A stretch of 64,000 nucleotides of DNA from Octopus sinensis (Eukaryota). How positions within the stretch are numbered: position 1 is the stretch's first letter; every line of letters begins with the position of its first letter. The notes under the pieces are model-generated. The model worked only from the letters and a program-made list of their open reading frames with translations. It did no database searches and was not told the origin of the DNA. Below, in pieces: positions 54,351-64,000 of the stretch. The stretch covers positions 12,400,001-12,464,000 of the forward strand of contig NC_043005.1 of assembly GCF_006345805.1 (NCBI RefSeq). Reading direction: 5' to 3'. A program made the translations under genes and the position numbers.

Positions 54351-54753
54351 GCGCAGGAGTAGCTATAGGGGTAGGAGTGGCTGTGTGGTAAGTAGCTTGC
54401 TTACCAACCACATGGTTCTGGGTTCAGTCCCACTGCGTGGCACCTTGTGTCTTCTACTATAGCCTCGGGCCGACCAAAGCCTTGTGAGTGGATTTGGTAG
54501 ACGAAAACTGAAAGAAGCCCGTTTTATATGTATATATATGTATGTGTGTGTGTATATGTTTTTGTGGCCATCTTTGTCGTAAAAGACAACCGATGGTGGT
54601 GTGTTTAAGTCCCCGTAATTTAGCGGTTCGGCAAAAGAGCCCGATAGAATAAGTACTAGGGCTTCATAGAATAAGTTCTTGGGAGTATTTGCTCGACTAA
54701 AGGCGGTGCTGCAGTATGGCCGCTGTCAAATGACTGAAACAAGTAAAAGAGTA
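54351..54753 (+). mobile_element. SINE family 1 (duplicated first ~15 nt)
   Basis: gcgcaggagtagcta + ggggtaggagtggctgtgtgg..., full tail. Confidence 0.9.
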
Positions 54754-54759
54754 TAATAG

Positions 54760-54827
<68 letters not shown>

Positions 54828-54870
54828 ATATATAAATGGAGTTTAACGTAGGTTTAATTCAAATTCTTTT

Positions 54871-54958
54871 ACTTCCGACACATGTTTCGAAGATATCACT
54901 GATGTTATTCCAAAGGAATAAATGGTGTAAATCAATGTAATCTTCTCTTCAGGGATGT
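54871..54958 (-). ncRNA. Type I hammerhead ribozyme
   Basis: Minus: ACATCC-CTGAAGA-GAAGAT...ATCTTC-GAAA-C.ATGT.G-TC-GGAAGT; GUC triplet. Confidence 0.8.
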
Positions 54959-55074
54959 GAATAAATGCAGCTCGTCAATAAGACATTTTAAAAAGAAATT
55001 TTCCCTCCACCATTGAATACGTTTTACTTCTGCTTACTAGAGTGTTCATAATCGGCAAGCTTTTGTTGCATTTA

Positions 55075-55521
55075 CAGGATGGGACAGAGAAGACGGACGT
55101 TTTTGGAATGGCTATTAATCAACCCCAAAAGGATGGATATATATCCGACAGATACTATTCGGTCCATGGTGTCTTGGCATTTTTCCCCTTTTCAAGTAAA
55201 GCCATGGCGCTGTGGACGATAAAGCATCGCGTGTTTACCTACCACAGTTACCTGAAGAATAACGAGTCTGTTAAAGCAGTAAAGCGTGAGTTTCGGCGCT
55301 ACATCAACATTGGCTAAGATTAGGTTGTTCTCACCTGTTACACAATCTTTCGGTGGGTGAATGCGCTTCGTACACGTAAACATGATCGCTGCTGTTTTCC
55401 ACACTTGGTTTTGACAAATACTAATTCAAAACAAATACATTGATGGCAATGAAATATGGCTGCTAAAATGGATCATTTTGTGAAATTTTCCAAAACGTCC
55501 GCCCACTCTGACCCCACCCTG
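55075..55521 (+). mobile_element. Internally deleted Tc1/mariner-superfamily element
   Basis: Imperfect ~34-bp TIRs (CAGGATGGGACAGAGAAGACGGACGTTTTTGGAA / TTCCAAAACGTCCGCCCACTCTGACCCCACCCTG), TA on both sides, N-terminal HTH MALWTIKHRVF..YLKNNESVKAVKREFRR. Confidence 0.82.
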
Positions 55522-56445
55522 TAAAAGGGATTACGAAATATAATGCTGATATAGACAGACCTTCTAGCAACTGTATAGGGTATCACAACTGTATACGTTT
55601 TGGAAAGCAATTGCCTTTGCTAAATAAAAGATGAATTCTCCACAGAAATACAAATGATTTATTAAACTGAACGTGACTCTGCTAAGAGTAATTCTTAGTC
55701 ACCTTTTACTTTTAATGACATTTCTGCTATGGTTCTCACCTACGCACATACATATACATACGAACAGCTGCTTCAAAAATTACATCGAATTACAATTATA
55801 CAGCATAATTACAATGAAGACCGCATAAGAATCACGCCATCAGGGATATTAAAAGTGATTTATAGAATTTCGTTGTGACTCTTATACACGTTTAAGAGTC
55901 GGCGGAAAAAATGACAAGACAAAGAAAATATTACGAAGAAAAGAGATAGAAATGAAGAAGTAATTGAACTGTAGAGAAGAGAGGAGAGTAAAATAATTTA
56001 ATAACATAAGTGGTGTAAAGTAAGAATGCATTTTCTGAAACTCGTCATTAGAATAATTAGAACAATGAATAACGGTTATCTCTCAAGATAATACATTACT
56101 CTGTTTTGGACGATATTTGTTAGTGGGTTTGATCAGTCTGAAGGCTACATTTAGTGCAGCCATAGCAAGGATGCTAGCTACGAAGGATAGACACCTTTAG
56201 GACTATCTGCATGTTGTAACGAGCCTTTTGATTCGCTCGGAATGAATAAGCCGATAGACCAAACTAGAGAACCAGTCAAAGTGGCATTTATAATATCTAT
56301 GACTCTCCCCTAACGAAAAACCTCGCTTTAAGATATCAATTTAATCTTAGCATATATACACCGATACGCTTTAGTGTGTGTGTGTGCGTGGTATGTGTGT
56401 TCGTATGTATTTGTTTTTGTGGATATAGATCCATTAGATGCAAAT

Positions 56446-56828
56446 ATTGGGTCATCCTATAAATAATGTTATTTTTTATACTTCTTGTATTTTTCAAATC
56501 TAAGATAAACAAAGTTCTTTTTTATTTAATCTAAAATATAATCACTTTCATTTTCTACAATGTTCTTCCATTCATCTATTTGACTTGGAAGATCTCTTTT
56601 CCAAAAATATACTTGTCAGTGACGAAAAAATACTCCTCCAGTACTGTTCTAACCACGCCTACAGAATTCCTATTTTTCCGTCCAAATGAATTTGAAGACT
56701 CCGAATAATCAGATGGGGCAATGCCTGGTGAATATGGTGGATGGGACATTGTTTATTGTATCCCATTCAAACTGTTCCAGCTTTTTTTTCTGGAATTAAA
56801 AAAACGCAGTATTATGGGATGGCACATA
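56446..56828 (-). mobile_element. Internally deleted mariner (MITE-like)
   Basis: Imperfect TIRs (tattgggtcatcctataaataat / agtattatgggatggcacata); residual MSHPPYSPGIAPSDY. Confidence 0.8.
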
Positions 56829-56864
56829 CATATATATATATTATATAATATATACATATATATA

Positions 56865-56899
<35 letters not shown>

Positions 56900-57095
56900 G
56901 ATTATATATATATATATATATATGTGGTGTGTGGGTGTGTGTGTGTGTTGTGTGTGTGTATTGGCAGGGCTGGACTTCTCTGACTTCTCAGATTTTTTGA
57001 ATGCTAAACTACTGGTTTTAAATTGATATTAAAATTAATATTAATGTATCTCCCTCATTATTTAAAATATAATATATATATAGTATAATATATAA

Positions 57096-57128
<33 letters not shown>

Positions 57129-57961
57129 ATATGTATGTATATATTTATATATGTGTTGTGTGTAATACACACACACTCATGTACACACATATATGCATGC
57201 ATATCTGCATGTATATATACATTTATATATATATGTATGTATGTATGTATGTATATATGTATACATTCAGATATGTATACATATTATATATATAATATAT
57301 ATATGTATATGTATCCGTCTCTCTCTCTCTCTCTCTATGTATATATATACATGTATTCTTTATATGTATGTTTCTATGCATGAATGCACGCATGTATGTG
57401 TATATGTATGTCTAGAAATCTCTTTTGATTCACCAGAAGTGATGAGATACAAGACCTCAAGAGAAGCGTTAACTATTCTTTAATGCATTATAACTAAAAG
57501 GCTTTTACTTCAAGTAGAGTGGCAAGTTTCCGCCTATAATCAGACCGAAACAAAGACAGAATCAGGCGAATACTAAATAGCACTACAACAGTAAATTATA
57601 CTTTTAACTTTGTTTTATTTAATATACTAAATACCTCATAATGGTTCATCAACAGTTAGTATCTTATGTGCTGTTGTCATGAATAATTATCACTTCCTTT
57701 TTCATTAGTTTAAGTAATTAGAGGACACTTGCCTAGAGGGCTCTTTCTTGTGTCAATTAAACAGTGGGATTGCTGTATCTCTTCACCATTGTAAGGAAAA
57801 GAAGAAATTGACAGGTGATTCGTGTTGCTATTATATAAATCACAGAGAAAAAGAGTTTTGTATCAAATATGACCTTGGGTTAAGTAGAAGTAAAACTGGC
57901 TAGAAAAGAAGCCGTTGAGATGATTTGGCCACCTACTCGTAAAAGAACATGGTGACGATTT

Positions 57962-58460
57962 CATCGAGGATGATGATGATGGTTATGATGATGATAATGA
58001 TGATGATGATGATGATGATGATGACCGTCATATGGTGGTGCTGATGATGAGACGATGATGATGACGATGATGATGATGACGACGACGATGATGATGATGA
58101 TGATTACGATGATGACGACGACGATGATAATGATGATGATGACGACGGCGACGATGATTATGATGATGATGACGCCGACGATGATGATGATGATGATGAT
58201 GATGATGACGACGACGATGCTGATGATGATGATGACTGTCATGTGGTGGTGGTGATGATGATGATGATGATGATGATGACGAGGACAACGTTGATGATGA
58301 TGATGACTACAACGACGACGATGATGATGATGATGATGATAATGATGACGAGGACGACGACTATGATGATGACGACGACGTCGACGACGACGACGATGAT
58401 GATGATTATGATGATGATGATTATGATGATGAGGATGATGATGATGTCGATGGTGATGAA
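57962..58460. repeat. Degenerate (GAT/GAC)n trinucleotide tract
   Basis: Direct reading; a second tract at 58655-58822. Confidence 0.95.
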
Positions 58461-59271
58461 TGACAGGAGCCGGTTCCCGCAAGCACGACGAGGAGAACAA
58501 ATATGAATTATGAATAATAACTGATCATAGTGACCCTCGTGGCCAAGAAGCTGGATTTCTGGTTAATTTTATGTGGGCGCGTGTTTTCCAGTAGTAAATA
58601 TGCAACGAGTTTTAATGTAGAAATAATTTAGCAGAATGCTTGTTTGTCCCGTCGTGATGACGTGGAGGAGGAGGAAGAAGATGGCAACGACGACGACGAT
58701 GGCGATGACAATGATGTCGACGACGACGACAAAGATAACAGCGACGAAGAAGATAATGGCGACGACGAAGATCAAGACAACAATGGCGGCGTCGATGACG
58801 ATGACGGTGACATTGAAGACGAACAACCTTTCATCGTACAGCTGATAATTTACACAGTTGTCCAAGTTATTACTGTTTTATACTTCTCTGCAAAGTGAGT
58901 AAGGTTGGACGTTTTATTCTTTTTATTATAACCCCATATAACCAAAAACATTGATTTTTTTTTCGTGCAACTGCGGACTGCAAGTATTTTTTTATGGCCA
59001 CGGTATTCTAATTAACATCAGTTTAAAAGACCATATGCACACGCACGCTCATATATATACATGCTTACGCATACTAATATTTATACAGCCTGCCCTCCAA
59101 TTACTTTTACAATCTGAAAAACTCAGAATAAAATATAATAACTCAGCAGGTGTCTTGCAACCAATGGAGCGGAGTTGCAAGTTCTCTGATGTTTCCAATA
59201 AAATTTTATTTGTTTGTTTATATTTCGCAATACATTCTGCTTAGTTATCCTTTCTTTTCTTGGGTTACGGT

Positions 59272-59607
59272 TGTTGTATCGATAGTACGACACCCTCTGA
59301 TGGGAATAGACAGGACCACTACATATAAGTAGTAGCTGTCTGACGTATTCGGCTGTTCGTAGTTTGGTCTGGGTGACTTAGAAGGTCTCTTTCCCAAAAT
59401 TCCCAGTTTACATTTCGAGTAAATGCGTTGGTACAGTTTACATTTCGAGTAAATGCGTTGGAAATATTGCTTGTTGGTTCGTAAAAGATATTTGGTTCGC
59501 TACGTCTTGTTACTGTTGCTGTTTCTATTTTGTATTGTTTGTTATAACACTGTCATAGTGTATCCTTTATCTATCGTGGACGATATTGAATGTGTAAGGA
59601 TATAACA
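59272..59607 (+). mobile_element. 5' LTR of Gypsy element (336 bp)
   Basis: TGTTGTATC...GATATAACA termini (8/9 inverted match); TATA-like catataag; internal ~30-bp tandem duplication at 59404-59461; followed 2 nt later by a PBS. Confidence 0.75.
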
Positions 59608-59609
59608 CC

Positions 59610-59620
59610 TGGCAACGAGG
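59610..59620 (+). promoter_or_regulatory. Primer-binding site (TGGCAACGAGG)
   Basis: TGG-initiated sequence immediately 3' of the LTR and upstream of the gag ATG. Confidence 0.7.
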
Positions 59621-59679
59621 ATTTTTCGAAGCTCACGTAGGTTATTTGACAATTTGTGCGTCATACAAATTGTTAAGTT

Positions 59680-60600
59680 ATGGAGAACCTATTAGCTGCA
59701 GTAATACAGCTTCAAGAGAAACAACAGGAACAACTACAGGAGCTGCAGAGGCAAATATTACAACAGCAACAACAATAGTTAATTGAGTTACAGTCAAGGA
59801 AGTTCGAAAATTCGGTAAGTTTGTATACACCAGATGGCGTGGCGAACTCGGTTTCTGAATTTACTTATAATCCGGAGTTGGCTATTACGTTTCCTGCGTA
59901 CAATAGAAGGAACGAGGAAATTGTTAACAAATATTGAAAGCCATGGTGGGATGAAGAGGAAGTGAGGCTATTATTAAGCAAGGAGCTCCGGCCGAGCATG
60001 AACGCTACTCTAACTTTATACTGTCCAAAAAGTCGAGTGAGATGTGTTTCCAAGAAACTATTGAGTTACTCTCAAAGTTCTTTTGTGACAAAATTTCGTT
60101 ATTTAACACTCGAATGGAGTGTTGGAACTTAAGGAAAAATGGCGATGATGATTTATTACATACGCCAGAGTAGTCAGCTCTATGTGTGAAAACTTTAAAA
60201 TTCAGGATATGATTATATCTCTTATCTTCGTACAAAGCCTTACGGCAACCGGAGATTGGGAATTTCGAGCAAAGATTCTCTCAAAAATGGAGCAAGTGAA
60301 CAAGGACTTAACCCTACAGACCATTGCAGAAGAATGTCAAACAATGGTAAACCTGAAGCGCAACGTGAAAAATATTGAAGAGAAAGATTACGCAAACAAA
60401 AGGGTCAATCCGGAAAACAACCAGAAAAGAGTGCCAGGCCCCAATCCATGTTACGGATATGGAGGCCTACACTTCAGAAAAGAGTGTCAGTTTAAAAACC
60501 GAAAATGTTATAATTGTCAAAAAATTGGTCACAAGAGCACACACTGCAAGACAACATTACGAGGGTCGAACGTAAAAAAGTTCTAAGGTGTTTTCAGCAG
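59680..60600 (+). pseudogene. Gypsy gag (stops/frameshifts) with zinc knuckles
   Basis: MENLLAAVIQLQEKQ..VANSVSEFTYNPE..LIFVQSL..RAKILSKME..CYGYGGLH..C..CYNCQKIGHKSTHC. Confidence 0.88.
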
Positions 60601-60773
60601 AAAGTGAATATAGGCGCAGGAGCGACTGTGTGGTAAGTAGCTTGTTTACCAACCACATGGTTCCGGGTTCAGTCCCACTGCGTGGCACATTGGGCAAGTG
60701 TTTTCCGCTGCAGCCTCGGGCCAACCAAAGCCTTGTGAGTGGATTTGGGAGACGGAAACTGAAAGAAGCCTGT

Positions 60774-60814
<41 letters not shown>

Positions 60815-61093
60815 TTAATAAGGGTGAGAGAATTAGATACTAATTTAATAGTATATTTATTCAACACCAAGTGGCCTAGTGCTACGAGAAACCTGGATTA
60901 TTATAATATTTTATAACATATTATAATATTTTTAAAAAAATAAATATAAGAGAGTGGTCACTATATTGCTCACTCTAGCACTAGTTAATCCAAAAGGTTT
61001 CAACCACGAAAATACATGTTTCCCATGAAAGCCAGTACGAATGTTAGCTCACACGGACAGGGCAAGTAAAAAATAACAAAAATACAGATTATT

Positions 61094-61169
61094 TTGGGAC
61101 AATTGTTTCGCTATTAATGAATTAAATGTAATATTACTTACAAAAAAATCCATTTGTAGCTTCAGCCAG
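61094..61169 (-). ncRNA. Hammerhead ribozyme, monomer 1 (core disrupted by small deletions)
   Basis: Reads TGG-CTGAA-GCTA instead of TTGG-CTGACGA-GCTA; remainder identical. Confidence 0.6.
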
Positions 61170-61623
61170 ACTATCTGGATGAAATCCACTCAATCACACG
61201 CCAGATTTTACCATAACGATAAATACGCGTGTGGTTCAATTGATTACATCCGACGTTATAATTCAAATGCCCCAACCAACAGCGCGCCAAACTTTCACGG
61301 AGAACAAATACAGCATTTAGAAATAAATGCAGCATAATTATAATTAATTAATAAGGGTGAGAGAATTAGATACTAATTTAATAGTATATTTATTCAACAC
61401 CAAGTGGCCTAGTGCTACGAGAAACCTGGATTATTATAATATTTTATAACATATTATAATATTTTTAAAAAATAAATATAAGAGAGTGGTCACTATATTG
61501 CTCACTCTAGCACTAGTTAATCCAAAAGGTTTCAACCACGAAAATACATGTTCCCATGAAAGCCAGTACGAATGTTAGCTCACACGGACAGGGCAAGTAA
61601 AAAATAACAAAATACAGATTATT

Positions 61624-61701
61624 TTGGGACAATTGTTTCGCTATTAATGAATTAAATGTAATATTACTTACAAAAAAATCCATTTGTAGCTCGTCAGCCA
61701 A
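61624..61701 (-). ncRNA. Type I hammerhead ribozyme, monomer 2
   Basis: Minus: TTGG-CTGACGA-GCTA..AATGGATT..TGTAA.GTAATA.TTACA..AATTCATT..TAGC-GAAA-C.AATT.G-TC-CCAA; GUC triplet; predicted cut between 61628 and 61627. Confidence 0.87.
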
Positions 61702-62159
61702 GACTATCTGGATGAAATCCACTCAATCACACGCCAGATTTTACCATAACGATAAATACGCGTGTGGTTCAATTGATTACATCCGACGTTATAATTCAAA
61801 TGCCCCAACCAACAGCGCGCCAAACTTTCACGGAGAACAAATACAGCATTTAGAAATAAATGCAGCATAATTATAATTAATTAATAAGGGTGAGAGAATT
61901 AGATACTAATTTAATAGTATATTTATTCAACACCAAGTGGCCTAGTGCTACGAGAAACCTGGATTATTATAATATTTTATAACATATTATAATATTTTTA
62001 AAAAAATAAATATAAGAGAGTGGTCACTATATTGCTCACTCTAGCACTAGTTAATCCAAAAGGTTTCAACCACGAAAATACATGTTTCCCATGAAAGCCA
62101 GTACGAATGTTAGCTCACACGGACAGGGCAAGTAAAAAATAACAAAAATACAGATTATT

Positions 62160-62237
62160 TTGGGACAATTGTTTCGCTATTAATGAATTAAATGTAATAT
62201 TACTTACAAAAAAATCCATTTGTAGCTCGTCAGCCAA
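62160..62237 (-). ncRNA. Type I hammerhead ribozyme, monomer 3
   Basis: Same as monomer 2. Confidence 0.87.
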
Positions 62238-62694
62238 GACTATCTGGATGAAATCCACTCAATCACACGCCAGATTTTACCATAACGATAAATACGCGTG
62301 TGGTTCAATTGATTACATCCGACGTTATAATTCAAATGCCCCAACCAACAGCGCGCCAAACTTTCACGGAGAACAAATACAGCATTTAGAAATAATATGA
62401 GCATAATATAATTAATTAATCAATAAGGGTGAGAGAATTAGATACTAATTTAATAGTATATTATTCAACACCAAGTGGCCTAGTGCTACGAGAAACCTGG
62501 ATTATTATAATATTTTATAACATATTATAATATTTTTAAAAAAATAAATATAAGAGAGTGGTCACTATATTGCTCACTCTAGCACTAGTTAATCCAAAGG
62601 TTTCAACCACGAAAATACATGTTTCCCATGAAGCCAGTACGAATGTTAGCTCACACGGACAGGGCAAGTAAAAAATAACAAAATACAGATTATT

Positions 62695-62771
62695 TTGGGA
62701 CAATTGTTTCGCTTTAATGAATTAAATGTAATATTACTTACAAAAAAATCCATTTGTAGCTCGTCAGCCAA
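62695..62771 (-). ncRNA. Type I hammerhead ribozyme, monomer 4
   Basis: Intact core; 1-nt deletion in stem II. Confidence 0.83.
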
Positions 62772-62968
62772 GACTATCTGGATGAAATCCACTCAATCAC
62801 ACGCCAGATTTTACCATAACGATAAATACGCGTGTGGTTCAATTGATTACATCCGACGTTATAATTCAAATGCCCCAACCAACAGCGCGCCAAACTTTCA
62901 CGGAGAACAAATACAGCATTTAGAAATAAATGCAGCATAATTATAATTATATTATTATATATTATTAA

Positions 62969-63007
<39 letters not shown>

Positions 63008-63161
63008 TGTATGTGTGTGTGTGTGTGTTTGTGTATATGTGTGTCTGTGTTTGTCTCTCCCAAACATCGCTTGACAACCGATGGTGGTGTGCTTACGTCC
63101 CCCTAATTTAGCGGTACTTCAGCATGGCCGCAATCAAATGACTGAAGCAAGTAAAAGAGTA

Positions 63162-64000
63162 AGATACAAAAACAAGAAAACTCGTACACGTAAAATGAAT
63201 GGTGCAAACATTAAACTACAGTTGGATACGGGTAGTAATATTTCAATCATAAATGCGGATATATGGAGAAAAATGGGGAAACCGAGGTTTCATAACACAG
63301 CGATAATTGCGCGCGGTTTGACGGGCGATAAAATACATCTCATGGGCGAAATGTGTACAGACATTTATAGGCGCAGGAGTGGCTGTGTGGTAAGTAGCTT
63401 GCTTACCAACCACATGGTCCCGGGTTCGGTCCCACTGCGTGGCACCTTGGGCAAGTGTCTTCTACTATAGCCTCGGAACGACCAAAGCCTTGTGAGTGGA
63501 TTTGGTAGATGGAAACTGAAAGAAGCCTGTCGTATATATGTATATATATATATGCGTGTGTGTGTTTGTGTGCCTGTGTTTGCCCCCTAGCATTGCTTGA
63601 CAACCTATGCTGGTGTGTTTATGTCCCTGTTTCTTAGCGGTTCGGCAAAAGAGACCGATAGAATAAGTACTGGGCTTGCAAAAGAATAAGTCCCGGGGTC
63701 GATTTGCTCGATTAAAGGCGGTGCTCCAGCATGGCCGCAGTCAAATGACTGAAACAAGTAAAAGAGTAAAAGAGTAAAAGAGACGTCATATATCGAGGAG
63801 AAACACGTGAAGCAAAATTATTCACTGTGGAGAATACAATCAATCTGTTTGTTACAGATGGGTTGGAGTTATTAGACTTATGGAACCTCGCCATAAGTCT
63901 CTACTACAAAAAACATAAATGTGTGTCCCGTTAAAAATAAATCGTATGAGGAATTGAAAGGAAAATTGAAAAAGATGTTTCCTCAAGTACTATCGGAGGA
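63162..64000 (+). pseudogene. Gypsy aspartic protease region, interrupted by a SINE, continuing beyond window
   Basis: NGANIKLQLDTGSNISIIN..WRKMGKP..ARGLTGDKIHLMG; resumes after 63783 with YRGETREAKLFTV..NLFVTDGLELLDL. Confidence 0.88.
63369..63783 (+). mobile_element. SINE family 1, full length
   Basis: Complete head, body and AAAAGAGT-repeat tail. Confidence 0.93.

Larger units (their letters stand above)
60808..62948 (-). repeat. Tandem array of four near-identical ~535-bp monomers, each with an HHR motif (retrozyme-like)
   Basis: Marker agggtgagag at 60821, 61354, 61887 and 62426 (periods 533, 533, 539); copies differ mainly by small indels. Confidence 0.95.
60612..63161 (+). mobile_element. 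SINE family 1 split in its central (TA)n by the tandem array
   Basis: 5' half at 60612-60775 and 3' half at ~63005-63161 (with an internal deletion). Confidence 0.88.

Noticed and set aside
57961-58898. His-rich, Met/Thr-rich and acidic ORFs
   Set aside because: Produced by (GAT/GAC)n tracts that are open in several frames; no splice or domain support.
60808-62948. CRISPR array or protein-coding repeat (ORFs 61513-61722, 62695-62940)
   Set aside because: Units are wholly repeated with no unique spacers, the context is eukaryotic, and the small ORFs are not preserved across copies.

Overview
AT-rich, microsatellite-dense animal genomic DNA. The SINE families and repeat landscape look like an Octopus (coleoid cephalopod) genome; this is recognition, not a database result. 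No intact host protein-coding gene can be supported, and most ORF-track entries are microsatellite artefacts. The window is a mosaic of mostly decayed transposons: mariner/Tc1, Sola2-like, Helitron-like, Gypsy LTR, CR1-like, R4/Dong-like and HERO-like non-LTR elements, three tRNA-derived SINE families, and several Penelope-like elements (PLEs, mostly of Naiad-like GIY-YIG type). The most notable signal is a high density of type I hammerhead ribozyme (HHR) motifs read directly from the sequence: eight with an intact catalytic core plus several degenerate ones. They lie in inverted PLE terminal repeats, in a tiny palindromic element, in a short dispersed repeat, and in a head-to-tail array of four near-identical ~535-bp non-coding monomers (60.8-62.9 kb). 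Each monomer carries one HHR motif (intact in three). This retrozyme-like unit could release unit-length, possibly circular, RNA, and is nested in a SINE inside a Gypsy element.
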